DNA of 62,959 nucleotides, counting the filler, from an uncultured bacterium (GTDB taxonomy: Bacteria > Hinthialibacterota > Hinthialibacteria > Hinthialibacterales > Hinthialibacteraceae), in assembly GCA_964449065.1 (NCBI GenBank). It is 13 parts of 13 records of this genome, joined end to end, with 100 filler letters (N's around TTAATTAATTAA, not from the genome) between each part and the next. Parts side by side here need not be neighbours in the genome. Positions count along the whole stretch, not along the records: positions 44,194 to 48,869 come from CAYVAZ010000371.1; positions 48,970 to 53,602 come from CAYVAZ010000372.1; positions 53,703 to 58,300 come from CAYVAZ010000373.1; 10 more parts are not named here. One strand, written 5' to 3'. Each line of letters starts with the position of its first letter. The stretch's first letter is position 1. Under the pieces are notes generated by a model. The model ran no database searches. It saw only the letters and a list, made by a program, of their open reading frames with translations, and was not told the origin of the DNA. Made by a program: the position numbers and the translations under genes. Below, one piece after another: positions 44,598-55,325 of this stretch.

Positions 44598-45791
44598 ATG
44601 ACGACCAACAATACAACCCGCCGTAGGTTTGTGAAGCAATCCGCTATTGGGGCTGGAACCGTTTTTCTGGCCAACGCGGCTGCCGTTACCGGGACGGCAG
44701 CCAATTCAAAGATTGAGATTGGGATTTTAGGCTGCGGGGGGCGCGGCAATTTTGTCGGGCAAAAGTTTATGGATAACGCCAAAGACGATATCCAAATTGT
44801 CGCGCTGTATGATCCGTTTGAAGACCGGGCGGAACGTTTGAAAGTGAAGTTTGAAGTGCAATCCGACCGTATCTATACCGGTTTGAATTCAGATGAGGAT
44901 ATCATTGCCTCGGATTTGGATGCGGTGGCGATCACAAGCCCGCCATACTATCACCCGCGGCAGGTGCGCAACGCGGTGGAATCAAATAAACACGTTTGGC
45001 TGGCTAAACCGGTCGCGGTAGATGTGCCGGGGTGTATGAGCATTTTGGAAAGTTCAAAAATGGCCGATGGCAAGTTGAATTTTTTGGTTGATTTTCAAAC
45101 CCGCAACAGCCCTGCGTTTAAAGAGATTGTAAAACGCGTGCACAACGGCGAGGCGGGCAAATTGGGGTTGGGGCATGTGTATTACCATGCGGGACGTCTC
45201 AATCCCAAGGACAGTGAAGGCATGTCGAAAGATGAAGCGCGTTTGCGCAATTGGGTGTTTGACATCGAACTGTCCGGCGACATTATTGTCGAGCAAAACG
45301 TGCATGTGCTGGATGTGGCCAACTGGTATCTGCGTAGTCATCCGGTTAAAGCGGAGGGTTCATGCGGACGTAAAGTGAGAACCGATGTGGGCGATTGTAT
45401 GGATCATTTTGTGGTGCGTTATGAATACCCCGGCGGGGTGATGGTTGATTTCAGTTCGGCGCAATTTACCAAAGGGTATAGCGATTTGTGTATCCGCATG
45501 TACGGTTCAAAAGCGACCGCCGATTCACACTACAACGGGCCGGTTCGGATGACGGGCGACAACCAATGGGAAGGCACAGACCATGACGATACCTGGAATG
45601 CCGTGAATAACAATGTGATTGATTTTGTCAAGGCGCTGCGCTCCGGCAATTATGTTAATCATGGGCAATATTCAGTTGAAAGCACCCTTACCGGGGTGTT
45701 AGGCCGTGAAGCCGCATACAGCGAGGAGGAATATACCTGGGAGCGTATGATGAGCGAGAAGAAGAAGTATGAGGTGGATTTGAATCTCTAA
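44598..45791 (+). CDS. Gfo/Idh/MocA oxidoreductase, Tat-exported
   Basis: TRRRFVK; LGCGGRG; SPPYYH; AKPVAVD; SGDIIVEQNVHVLD. Confidence 0.92.
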   Translation: MTTNNTTRRRFVKQSAIGAGTVFLANAAAVTGTAANSKIEIGILGCGGRGNFVGQKFMDNAKDDIQIVALYDPFEDRAERLKVKFEVQSDRIYTGLNSDEDIIASDLDAVAITSPPYYHPRQVRNAVESNKHVWLAKPVAVDVPGCMSILESSKMADGKLNFLVDFQTRNSPAFKEIVKRVHNGEAGKLGLGHVYYHAGRLNPKDSEGMSKDEARLRNWVFDIELSGDIIVEQNVHVLDVANWYLRSHPVKAEGSCGRKVRTDVGDCMDHFVVRYEYPGGVMVDFSSAQFTKGYSDLCIRMYGSKATADSHYNGPVRMTGDNQWEGTDHDDTWNAVNNNVIDFVKALRSGNYVNHGQYSVESTLTGVLGREAAYSEEEYTWERMMSEKKKYEVDLNL

Positions 45792-45915
45792 TCGTAAAGG
45801 ATCACGGTGGATCAGAACGGCGCGGCCCACTGTGATTTGAATTCAGAGACAGCAATAGACGCAATTCCCTGTTCTTGTCTGCTTGCTTATTCACCTGTTT
45901 TATATCATGGATTCT

Positions 45916-46215
45916 CTATACAGAGCGCCCACCCGCAATCATCCCATACAACTTATCCCGGCATTTGCGGCATACATCCAACTCGTATTGATAGTATACC
46001 TCATCGTTGAGTTCTTTCTCGCTTTTTTCTTCCGCCGCTTTGAGAAGTTTCTTTATTTCTTCCTGCAGGTTGGTTTTTAGATGCATTGTGCTTTCGTCAA
46101 ATTTGCCGCCGTCATAGGCGCAATACAACTCTCCTTTAAAAATAAAGCGGGGACGGCCGATATCGATCAAATCCCCGCACAAATCGCAGATGTATTTTAT
46201 TCCTTCCTCAGCCAT
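45916..46215 (-). CDS. Small putative zinc-binding hypothetical protein
   Basis: CDLC...CRKC pair; 99 aa. Confidence 0.7.
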   Translation of the reverse strand: MAEEGIKYICDLCGDLIDIGRPRFIFKGELYCAYDGGKFDESTMHLKTNLQEEIKKLLKAAEEKSEKELNDEVYYQYELDVCRKCRDKLYGMIAGGRSV

Positions 46216-46318
46216 TTAACCTTTTCTCTCCCTTTGGTACGATGATGCTAATAACCAGTATAGTCGAATCGTAACAGGTCAGGGGTATGAAGTAAAAAAT
46301 GGCATGATTTACTTGTAC

Positions 46319-46416
46319 CCTCCCCCAATGCAATGGGGGAGGATAGGAGGGGGTTAAGGTATTTTCTCAAAAAATCATAAACCCTCCCCTACCCCCTCCC
46401 AGGCTTGGGAAGGGAA
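46319..46416. repeat. Paired REP-like GC hairpins
   Basis: CCTCCCCCAATGCAATGGGGGAGG...GGAGGGGG and CCCTCCCCTACCCCCTCCCAGGCTTGGGAAGGG. Confidence 0.65.
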
Positions 46417-46486
46417 ATCTTTCTTCAAACGGCCGGCCTATTACATCGAATCAGTACCGGATGGATATCAAAGAAAGGACCGAATT

Positions 46487-47728
46487 ATGTTGGGTAGATT
46501 ATTTATCATCGCATCGCTTTGTATTTCTTTCACCACAAGCACAACTGCCGAAGACCGCTGGATCACCAAAGAGAAACTGCTCGATAAACTCTACGGCTTT
46601 TGGATCGGGCAAATGGCGGGCAACTACATGGGCTTTCCGTTTGAGAATGTTTATGTGGAAGAAGCCAATCCGGTTTTGGTGGACCGTATCTACACTTGGG
46701 AAGATGCCGGCGACGACCTTCGACTCAATCACCGGGATCACCGCAGTTTCTTTCCTATCATCGCGGGGCTCTTAGAAGGCGCCCCATCCGATGACGATAC
46801 GGATATCGAGTTGGTCACGCTCCATGCTGTGGAGAAATACGGACTGGATATCACCCATGAAGAGATCGGCGACGCATGGAAGACCCACATCAACCGCCGC
46901 ATTTGGGTCGCTAATCGAACGGCGCGAAATCTGATGTCGCAGGGCTTCATGCCTCCCGATACAGGACGTAAAGAGTTTAACCACAACTGGTTTCAGATCG
47001 ACCCTCAGTTGGTGAATGAAATTTGGGCAGCCTTCTATCCCGGTATGACGAAACGCGCCGCCGAACGTTCCGCCTGGGGTGCCCGCATCACCAATGACGA
47101 TTGGGGGATCCATCCCACTATCGCTTATGGCGTAATGTACAGTGCCGCTTTTTTTGAAGATGATGTTGAAATCTTGGTCGATATGGCGCTTCAAGCCATT
47201 CCGCAGGACGGGCCTTTTTATGAAGGGATGAAAGATGTTATTCGTTGGCATAAAGAGAATGAAGATTGGCGTGAAACCCGTAAATTGATCCACGAGAAAT
47301 ACTACCGTTATGAGAAAAACGGCTATGAAGCGCCCGTCTCGGTGGTGTCATCTCTTTGCAACGGTTTATGTGGGATTATGGCGGTGCTTTATGGTGGGGG
47401 CGACTTTATGAAGACTGTTGGCATCGCGGTATCAGCCGGTTATGATTGCGACAACCAAGCCGCCACCTGCGCCGGACTCATCGGGGTGATGCATGGACAA
47501 CGCGCGATTCCTGACCATTTGACGAAAACCTTTCATGGAATTGAGTGGGAGACGCCGTTCAATAACCGTTATCTGAACCATACGCGGGATGGGATTCCGT
47601 ATGAGAATAAAATCAGCGATATCGTCTACCGTACGGCACGCATTGCCGTCCATGCCATCGACCAAAACGGTGGACAGGTTGGGGACATTAACGGTGAGGA
47701 AGCATACCGTGTGCGGTGCGACTTTTAA
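46487..47728 (+). CDS. ADP-ribosylglycohydrolase-family protein with signal peptide
   Basis: SDDDTDIE; GYDCDNQAATCAGLIG. Confidence 0.85.
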   Translation: MLGRLFIIASLCISFTTSTTAEDRWITKEKLLDKLYGFWIGQMAGNYMGFPFENVYVEEANPVLVDRIYTWEDAGDDLRLNHRDHRSFFPIIAGLLEGAPSDDDTDIELVTLHAVEKYGLDITHEEIGDAWKTHINRRIWVANRTARNLMSQGFMPPDTGRKEFNHNWFQIDPQLVNEIWAAFYPGMTKRAAERSAWGARITNDDWGIHPTIAYGVMYSAAFFEDDVEILVDMALQAIPQDGPFYEGMKDVIRWHKENEDWRETRKLIHEKYYRYEKNGYEAPVSVVSSLCNGLCGIMAVLYGGGDFMKTVGIAVSAGYDCDNQAATCAGLIGVMHGQRAIPDHLTKTFHGIEWETPFNNRYLNHTRDGIPYENKISDIVYRTARIAVHAIDQNGGQVGDINGEEAYRVRCDF

Positions 47729-47811
47729 GGAATTCAGGGCTTGCGCTTTTGGCGGCAAGCAATATACTTACTCACTTTGCCAGTGAATTTTGATCAGAAA
47801 GGGACATTATC

Positions 47812-48051
47812 ATGGCACGCCGTTGCGCTTTATCGGGAAAAAAACCATTAACCGGAAACAACGTATCCCACGCCCATAACAAAACCAAACGCCGCCAAAT
47901 GGTGAACTTGCAAAATAAAACCATGTTTATCCCAGAGTTGGGGCGAAAGGTTACGATGAAGATTTCTCATCACGCGATGAGAACCATCGACAAAATCGGC
48001 TTTTTGCCTTACCTCAAAAAGCAGGGCCTTCGGGTGGAAGACCTCGTATAA
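47812..48051 (+). CDS. rpmB: 50S ribosomal protein L28
   Basis: MARRCALSGKKPLTGNNVSHAHNKTKRR. Confidence 0.97.
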   Translation: MARRCALSGKKPLTGNNVSHAHNKTKRRQMVNLQNKTMFIPELGRKVTMKISHHAMRTIDKIGFLPYLKKQGLRVEDLV

Positions 48052-48076
48052 ATCTGGATTGCATAACTCAATCATC

Positions 48077-48108
48077 AAAGCGGATAGAAGAATCTATCCG
48101 CTTTTTTT
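48077..48108 (+). terminator. Rho-independent terminator after rpmB
   Basis: AAAGCGGATAGA-AGAA-TCTATCCGCTTT followed by a T run. Confidence 0.85.
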
Positions 48109-48229
48109 CACTCAAATTTGATATTTATTACAAAATGCTTTAGATAGTAAAAGCAAAAAAACGCCGCGTCTTTCTTTCGATGAAGATTGCCGCCGCGCGT
48201 ACTCTACCATCCAATATAAAAACGGGATC

Positions 48230-48814
48230 ATGAAAACCAAAAAAGGATTTACATTAATTGAATTGTTAATTGTGGTTGCCATCATCGGTATTCTTGCGGC
48301 GATTGCTGTTCCCAACTTTTTAAACGCGCAACTTCGTGCGCGCATTTCCCGTTCAATGAGCGAGATTCGATCAATTTCAACCGCGCTCGAAATGTACCAC
48401 ACCGATGACGGCCGTTACCCTGAAGGCCGGGCTACCTGGGCGGAATTTGGATTGGACCATTTAACCACACCGATTTCCTACATGTCCTCTGTCCCGGAGG
48501 ATCCATTCGCCCCCACGTCTGAAGATTTGACACCAGATGGGTATGGCTGGTTTCCGCAAGTGTTGCCGCATTATGTTTATTTATGGGCGCAAGACCCAAG
48601 CCATTCATTGAATACCGCCATCAGCCGGGATTACCTGTTTCGAAAAGGTGAGATGTCCGACCCGAACGCTTCGCCGCCAAAGATTTTCCACTTCTATCAA
48701 CTTCGGGGAATGGGGCCTAACGGACAAGGCGATTTTTCTCTCGCCTATGAAGCCAGCAACGGTCTCCTCAGCCCCGGCGATATTACGTATCATGGGCCGG
48801 GTGCGGGGTTTTAG
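48230..48814 (+). CDS. Prepilin-type N-terminal methylation domain protein (GspG-like)
   Basis: KGFTLIELLIVVAIIGILAAIAVPNFLNAQ; LTTPISYM; PEDPF; GLLSPGDI. Confidence 0.9.
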   Translation: MKTKKGFTLIELLIVVAIIGILAAIAVPNFLNAQLRARISRSMSEIRSISTALEMYHTDDGRYPEGRATWAEFGLDHLTTPISYMSSVPEDPFAPTSEDLTPDGYGWFPQVLPHYVYLWAQDPSHSLNTAISRDYLFRKGEMSDPNASPPKIFHFYQLRGMGPNGQGDFSLAYEASNGLLSPGDITYHGPGAGF

Positions 48815-48969
48815 TACCAAGTTGCAATAAGAATGTTGGTTCAAAACGAGTGAGCAGAGATGGTCATGGNNNNNNNNNNNNNNNNNNNNNNNNNNNNNNN
48901 NNNNNNNNNNNNNTTAATTAATTAANNNNNNNNNNNNNNNNNNNNNNNNNNNNNNNNNNNNNNNNNNNN

Positions 48970-49143
48970 CCGCCAGGATGCGGAACCGGCGGCCGTCGGT
49001 GAACGCGTCGGAGACAAAGTCCAGCCTCCTGCTCCTTCAAGATCCCGATGATCTGCTCTTCGCTGAACCGGCTCTTCCTCATGCTCCGTCCTCCTCGTGG
49101 AGGACTCTACCTCAGCCCGGATACATTTCAGGGGAGCACGTCA
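48970..49143 (-). mobile_element. IS3-family remnant: left end and orfA start fused to the orfB core
   Basis: TGACGTGCTCCCC end; GAGGAGG RBS; MRKSRFSEEQIIGILKEQE joined to LDFVSDAFTDGRRFRILA. Confidence 0.8.
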
Positions 49144-49276
49144 CGTCAAACCTCGAAATGCCGCCCGGTGCTCGCGGGTGTCCAGCTGCTGCCAGAAAAA
49201 GACGCTGCTCAGATTCCCAGCAACGCTCACATAAAACTTCGATTTCAGATGTGATTAGAGGATATCAGGCATCCTC

Positions 49277-49944
49277 TTACTCAGCAATAAATTTTATGCC
49301 ATCTATATCTATATATGCCCCAGGATACCCTTCAAAGCGTAATGCTCGCACCCTCTTTTTTACCTCTTCTGCGGTCATGTCTTTTTTAATTTCGCACAAT
49401 TTATTGAGTTCCTTTCTTGTGTAAGGTGCCCTCTGCCATACCTCATCTGTAGATCGAATTTCCTCTTGATTTTGAATGTCATTAACTAAACATACAAACA
49501 TCGCATACATATTATGATAGCACCGATCTGTTAACTCTTTTACGCCGTCATTTTCAAATATTGGGAACCGCCAGACGTCTATTATTTTCCCAGTATCGAC
49601 CTTCTCATCCATATGATGAGCAGTAACGCCAAACATATTTTCCTCATTATACAAGGCAAAGTTAGTACAACCAATACCAGGATACTCAGGAGGTCCTGGG
49701 TGAAAATTAATAGAAGCGATCCGTGATTTTTCCAATAAATACCCTGGAATAATCCATGGACTTGAAAATGATATTATATAGTCGCATTCAAACCAACCCG
49801 CATCTTCTGGAAAATTATCGCCTCTTTTACCAATATAAATTTCGCTATCAATATACATATTTTTCAGCAATCCGACGCAGAGCTCTGTCGCCCAGTGCCC
49901 TTTCTTTCAAAAAAAAGCACCCGTATTTTTTCTCCACGTTTCAT
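49277..49944 (-). CDS. Formyltransferase-family protein, 1-nt frameshift near 49908
   Basis: INFHPGPPEYPG, GVTAHHMDEKVDTGKI; upstream ATG frame MKRGEKIRVLFF needs one extra base. Confidence 0.8.
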
Positions 49945-50157
49945 TCTTAATAGCTCCAGACCTGTTCACCATGACCCGCAACAAAAAGCTGCCCAACACC
50001 GTGTGCTGGACAGATTCCCTGTCGTTTCAAACGACGCTGCGACGCGCCGTTCTGATGATGGGTGTTCGCACGAGTAGTAGAGAGGGGCACCTTAAACCGC
50101 TGGTTATGCAGAGATATCTAGCGCCCCAAAGCCATCAGCACACACCCTATTTTCTAT

Positions 50158-50203
50158 CATACCCAACGCCATCAAGCATCCATACCCAACGCCATCAAGC
50201 ATC
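50158..50203 (+). repeat. Perfect 23-bp tandem duplication
   Basis: CATACCCAACGCCATCAAGCATC x2. Confidence 0.85.
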
Positions 50204-50854
50204 GTTTTTCGATCTCATAACTTGTATACAACAGGCCCTGAACCGCGCCTTGCGGTGTTTCACCGTCAGCAGCCGGGTGATGCTGGCGAGCGCCTTGGCG
50301 GCGGCCTGGTGCACCGGGGTGTCGGGCAGCAACGCCCAACACGACTCAATCCCGCGCGGCTGGATCAAGCCATGCGTCCACTTACGGCGGGGATTCATGC
50401 GATCATACGCACCGAGACCGATGGACACGGCGGGACGCGGGTGGAGCCGGTTTGTGTCGGGGATCCAAGCCGCATCTGGGTGATAGCGCCAACTCGGCTG
50501 CCACCCTTCTGGGCACAGGATCACTTCTGCCCGTGACGCGGGAACATCGCAAAGCCATCGCCACAATGGAGGTGAGCGGCGGCTGATCGAGTGATGCAGT
50601 GAGAACCGACAGTCGGGAAAGTACTCTCGCAATGCCAATGTCGCCATGGCAGCGTCGAACCGGTCTAGTGCCCAGTTTGCCTTCCGCCTAGAAGTTCCGT
50701 GAAGCCGCAGCGCGGTGCCCCAGGCTTCAGCGGCTTGAATGGCTGCAACCACATGGTCAATTCCCGACACCTGTTTCAGCACCCTTGGTGACCAGTACAT
50801 CGGATCGAACCACTGCGATCGAACCACTGCGGTCGTGCCATGTTTTGGTGTCAT
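50195..50854 (-). CDS. Hypothetical protein (GC-rich, start uncertain)
   Basis: C-terminal part of the 366-aa frame; no recognisable motif. Confidence 0.35.
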   Translation of the reverse strand: MTPKHGTTAVVRSQWFDPMYWSPRVLKQVSGIDHVVAAIQAAEAWGTALRLHGTSRRKANWALDRFDAAMATLALREYFPDCRFSLHHSISRRSPPLWRWLCDVPASRAEVILCPEGWQPSWRYHPDAAWIPDTNRLHPRPAVSIGLGAYDRMNPRRKWTHGLIQPRGIESCWALLPDTPVHQAAAKALASITRLLTVKHRKARFRACCIQVMRSKNDA

Positions 50855-51146
50855 CTCCTTGGCGGTCGCGGAACGATCGGATGGTGTGGCACGGTGCCCT
50901 TCGGGATGGTCAGGACGGTGCGATCGCCATGCTCTTCTTCCGGTGTTCCGGTGACCGGTTCCAGCGGCGCGGTTCGCAGGCGGTCGAAGGCTCGTTGTTC
51001 TTGGTTCGTTAGCGCATTTTCCAGACAGACTGACCCAGTCTGGCGGTTCGGAAAATGCGCAGACTATTGAATCGATGCGCAAATCGTCGTCGCAGACTGA
51101 TTCAGTCTGCTCGGGATTTGCGCTAGCGTGCCGTCCGGATCCATGC

Positions 51147-51737
51147 CTATGGTACGGCGGGGCGTAGCAGGCGGTTGCCTGACAGGTATCGGTTGGGCGC
51201 GGCCAGCACCCACGCCTTCGCGCCGGGCCAGACATGGACCTGAACGCCCTTGTCAATCCGGGCGGTTTCTTGCAGGGAATGCCGGTCGTAGACAATGAAC
51301 CGCTTATCGCCGAACCGGCGCATCAGGTTGCCGAGCAAACGTGGCAGCTGCAGCGGGGCAACAGGTTTGTAGTATGCCCCGGTTTGATAGCCGACAATCA
51401 CTCTGAAAGATTGCATGATTTCTATGCCACTGTCCGTGGGCACCCAAACGCGGCCGAGAGTAGGGAACAGCAAGCGGAGATACTCGTTAGGCCAGTTGCA
51501 TACCCGTTTCTGAAGATCGAATCCGGATTCATCGAATTCCGGATCCCAGTCTTTATCCAATATAACTAGGGTTACATAAGTGTTTGGTAATGGAATAATG
51601 CTCTCTCTCCTTGAGAATTCTGTCTCTATGATGCCATTGAAACGAAAAACTGACCACGACGCAAATTTTTTCCTAAGTTCTTCTTGTAGAAGTGCAAGAT
51701 CTTCGTCTGTGGCCCAGAATTCATGCTGTTGCGCCAT
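51147..51737 (-). CDS. Hypothetical protein, putative immunity protein
   Basis: GGAAGG RBS; lower GC; directly downstream of a toxin-like ORF. Confidence 0.55.
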   Translation of the reverse strand: MAQQHEFWATDEDLALLQEELRKKFASWSVFRFNGIIETEFSRRESIIPLPNTYVTLVILDKDWDPEFDESGFDLQKRVCNWPNEYLRLLFPTLGRVWVPTDSGIEIMQSFRVIVGYQTGAYYKPVAPLQLPRLLGNLMRRFGDKRFIVYDRHSLQETARIDKGVQVHVWPGAKAWVLAAPNRYLSGNRLLRPAVP

Positions 51738-51809
51738 CTTTACCTTCCTGTCGGACGGACGGCGACGGCCAGAGACGTGTTCCTTCGGCCACCACCGATG
51801 TGCGGGACT

Positions 51810-52470
51810 TTACCGCTGTATCGGCGGCAATTCGTACATGTAGGCCAGCCATCCTTCAAGCTGGGCGCGGATCTGCGCCTCGAAGGCGGCGTCGGCGCCA
51901 GCGGGCTGCTTGCGCATGTGCGTTGCCGATTCATGATCCCCAATGTTTCGTACAAGTCGCTCGAATGCTTGCCGTTCCCGGCTTGTCATCCGGCCGTCCG
52001 CACGCACTTCGGTGGTGTTGATGTGACCGATCCGTCCGTTGGGAAACGTGAAGGCAAGATCGGACCAACTCGATCCACGCGTGCCCCTGGTGTCCTTGTT
52101 GCGACGATATGCCTCTGTCAGCCGTCCCCCTCTGGGCCCCCAGAAGTTCGCCCCGTTTTCATGCTCGACCCCATGCTCCGGTCCATACTTGGCTGTCAGC
52201 AACTCCTGGGCCATCTCTGCGATCCGGTTGTTGAGTGCCACGGTGCGCGGACGCCCCTGATACGAGAGCATCAATACAATTTCTCCTGCGCTTTCGTCGA
52301 TGGGGAAGATCTCGGTGCCGGTATCCGGAAACGGGTTTTCGGCTGGGAACGGCGGTGTTTCGCCGGCCAGGGGCGGGTCGGCCGGGAACGGAGGGGTGGC
52401 CGGCGGGATCGCTTGGTCTGCAGGCGTGGGTGGCGTGGCGGTGTCGGGCACCGCGACATCTTCGCCGTAA
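51810..52470 (-). CDS. C-terminal fragment of a putative polymorphic toxin (Pro-rich linker plus nuclease-like tip)
   Basis: PPFPA repeats, then GSSWSDLAF...HINT...RE; 5' end lost at the junction. Confidence 0.5.
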
Positions 52471-52768
52471 CCCATTGGGTATTTGATTTGATCATTTCAA
52501 GGGTATATTCCGAATAATCATACTTTTTGTTATCCCTGATGTAATTCAGGCAGCGGTTATGCACAGAAGTAAAAAGGTATGATTTTACCGATTTGTTTAC
52601 ATCAATGGTTTCGCGTTTTTCCCACAGGTTAATAAAGGCATCGTGCACCACGCTTTTTGACGCATCAAGGTCGGAGATGTATTTTTGGGCAAAAAAACAC
52701 AAACCGGTAAAGTATTCTCTGAAAGCTTTTTCAAAAGCTGCTTTATCGAATTTTACCGGTTCGTGCAT
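52471..52768 (-). pseudogene. ECF sigma-70 factor (Bacteroidota-type), truncated before region 4
   Basis: FEKAFREYFTGLCFFA, VHDAFINLWEKR, SVKSYLFTSVHNRCLNYIRD; then an abrupt switch to GC-rich DNA. Confidence 0.8.
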
Positions 52769-52930
52769 TTCGTTTGTTGATAAATTAATACTCAAAAATA
52801 GTTATCAACGAATAAAAAACGAACTATTCTTTTATTATTTTGAAAAATTTATGCATTATAATATCAAATAAAAAAAATTTTCATTTCTAAAAAGATACAT
52901 TACATTTGGGCGGATAAAATGATAAAATTT

Positions 52931-53320
52931 ATGGAAAAAGAATATACAAGCGAATTGCTGCTCAACTTTGGCGAAAACGGTGAAAAACTGGTTCCTGTTG
53001 TTACCCAGGATTTTCATACCAAAAAAGTGTTGATTTTGTCATTTGCCAACAAAGCGGCTTTTGATGAAACAAGAAAGAGCGGTTATGCTACTTACTGGAG
53101 CAGAAGCAGGAACGAATTGTGGAAAAAAGGGATGACCTCGGGAGATATGCTGAAAATTGAAGAAATCAGGATCAATTGCGATCAGAATTCACTTTTGTTT
53201 TTGGTTACGCCCCAGGGGAAAGGCGTCTGCCATGCAAAAAAGGATGATGGTAAGCCTTATAAATCATGTTATTACAGGAGAATAAACCGTGATAACAATT
53301 TGGAAATAGTTGAAAAATAA
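52931..53320 (+). CDS. hisI: Phosphoribosyl-AMP cyclohydrolase
   Basis: LVPVVTQD, YWSRSRNELWKKGMTSG, NCDQNS, VCH, SCYY. Confidence 0.9.
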   Translation: MEKEYTSELLLNFGENGEKLVPVVTQDFHTKKVLILSFANKAAFDETRKSGYATYWSRSRNELWKKGMTSGDMLKIEEIRINCDQNSLLFLVTPQGKGVCHAKKDDGKPYKSCYYRRINRDNNLEIVEK

Positions 53321-53337
53321 AAAGTATATTGCAGAAT

Positions 53338-53602
53338 ATGGAAAACGCGATTTTAAAAATAGGAATGCCTGCAGGATCATTGGCTGACCCGAAAAGGGGC
53401 GGAAACCTGATTAAATTATTGCAGGATTCAGGTTTTAAAACAAGCGGTTATGAAACCGGAGGCCCAAGTAAATTTAGTACAGTAGATTTTATTTTTGGAT
53501 GGGATGGCCGTCCGCAGGAATTTGGTTCGCAACTGGGTTTGGGTGAACTTGATGTAGCCATTGCCGGCGATGATTGGATACGCGAAAGGTTACTGGAACT
53601 GA
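53338..53602 (+). CDS. hisG: ATP phosphoribosyltransferase, 3' truncated
   Basis: LKIGMPAGSL, RPQE, LDVAIAGDDWIRE; follows hisI. Confidence 0.8.
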
Positions 53603-53702
53603 NNNNNNNNNNNNNNNNNNNNNNNNNNNNNNNNNNNNNNNNNNNNTTAATTAATTAANNNNNNNNNNNNNNNNNNNNNNNNNNNNNNNNNNNNNNNNNN
53701 NN

Positions 53703-55122
53703 CTTCTTTTAAACTGATCGAATTCACTATGCACTTGCCCTGCACACATTTCAGCCCGGCTTCTATCACCGACCACTTTGAACTATCGATCATAATCGGC
53801 ACTTTGCAGATATCCGGTTCGGAAGCGACAAGGTGCAGAAAATGCTCCATGCATTCTTCACTTTCCAGCATCCCTTCATCAAAGTTAATGTCGATAATAT
53901 TCGCGCCGTTTTCCACCTGCTGTCTGGCAATCGCAAGACCTTCCTCAAAATCCCCTTCTTTAATCAACCTGCGGAACTTCGGAGACCCGGTAACATTCGT
54001 CCGCTCTCCCACCATGACAAACGGTATTTTATCCCCCTTAAGGGTTAAAGGTTCTAATCCGCTTAACCGCGTAGCCGGTTCAATCTCCGGCAATGGACGC
54101 GGCGGCATATCTTTGAGACGCTCCACAATCGCGGCAATATGTTCCGGTGTTGTTCCACAGCATCCCCCCGCGATGTTGATGTATCCTTCCTTCGCGAAAA
54201 TCTCCAACTGCGATGCCGTATCCTCCGGTGTCTCGTCATATCCCGTCTCACTGAGTGGGTTCGGCAATCCGGCGTTGGGGTAGCAATGCACATAACAATC
54301 CGCTATATCGGAAAGTGCGTGCACATACGGGCGCATCTCATTCGCGCCCAACGCGCAGTTGATCCCTACCGCGAACAACTTGGCACTGGCAATCGAATAC
54401 CAAAACGCCTCCGTCGTTTGCCCGGAAAGCGTTCTTCCCGATGCGTCCGTAATCGTCACCGAGACAATCACCGGAACCTGCTCATGATGCTGATCCTGAA
54501 ACTCGGCTATGGCAAACAACGCCGCTTTTAAATTCAGTGTATCAAAGGTGGTTTCCGGCTGCAGGATATCCACCCCGCCTTCCACCAGCGCTTCCACTTG
54601 CTCATAATACGCTTCCACCAATTCATCAAACGTTACCCCGCGGTATTCCGGCCGGTTCACATCCGGTGAGATCGATGCGGTTTTATTGGTCGGTCCGATG
54701 GCTCCCGAAACAAAGCACTTCCGTTCGGGATGCTTTTCCATCACCTTCTCAGCGGCTTTGCGTGCGATTTTTGCCGATTCCACATTCATCTCATGCACCA
54801 AATCCTGCATGTTATAATCCGCCAGCGCGATCCGGGTTGAACTAAAGGTGTTGGTTTCAACAATATCCGCACCTGCTTCAAAATACGCCGTGTGGATTTC
54901 CTCGATCACATCAGGGCGGGTAATCGAAAGCAAATCGTTGTTGCCCTTAATATCGCTTTTATGATTTTTGAAACGGTCGCCGCGGAAATCGTCTTCTTCC
55001 AATTTGTGACGCTGAATCATCGTGCCCATCGCACCGTCCATAAATAGGATGCGTTTTCCCATCAATGCACGCAGTTCCTGATAAGCTTGCGATTCCGGTT
55101 TTTGGCTTTTACTTTCAGTCAT
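53703..55122 (-). CDS. metH: Cobalamin-dependent methionine synthase, 3' truncated
   Basis: [57 protein letters not shown]. Confidence 0.96.
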
Positions 55123-55325
55123 GTGATTTATTCCTCTATTTTAATAGTAAAGATTTTTTTAAGCAGAAACAAACAATTCGTTTATGCGCATATTTGAATA
55201 TTATAACGCGGAATCGTTTTAATTCAAGCAATAAAAATATTCGTTTTGATTAGAAGGTAAATAATCTAAGTGCTATAATCGTAATGGATTATAGAATAAA
55301 TGAAATCGTTTGTGGAAATCAATAC

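Noticed and set aside
52271..52795. Novel sigma factor with Arg/Pro-rich C-terminus
   Set aside because: The tail is out-of-frame read-through across a chimeric junction
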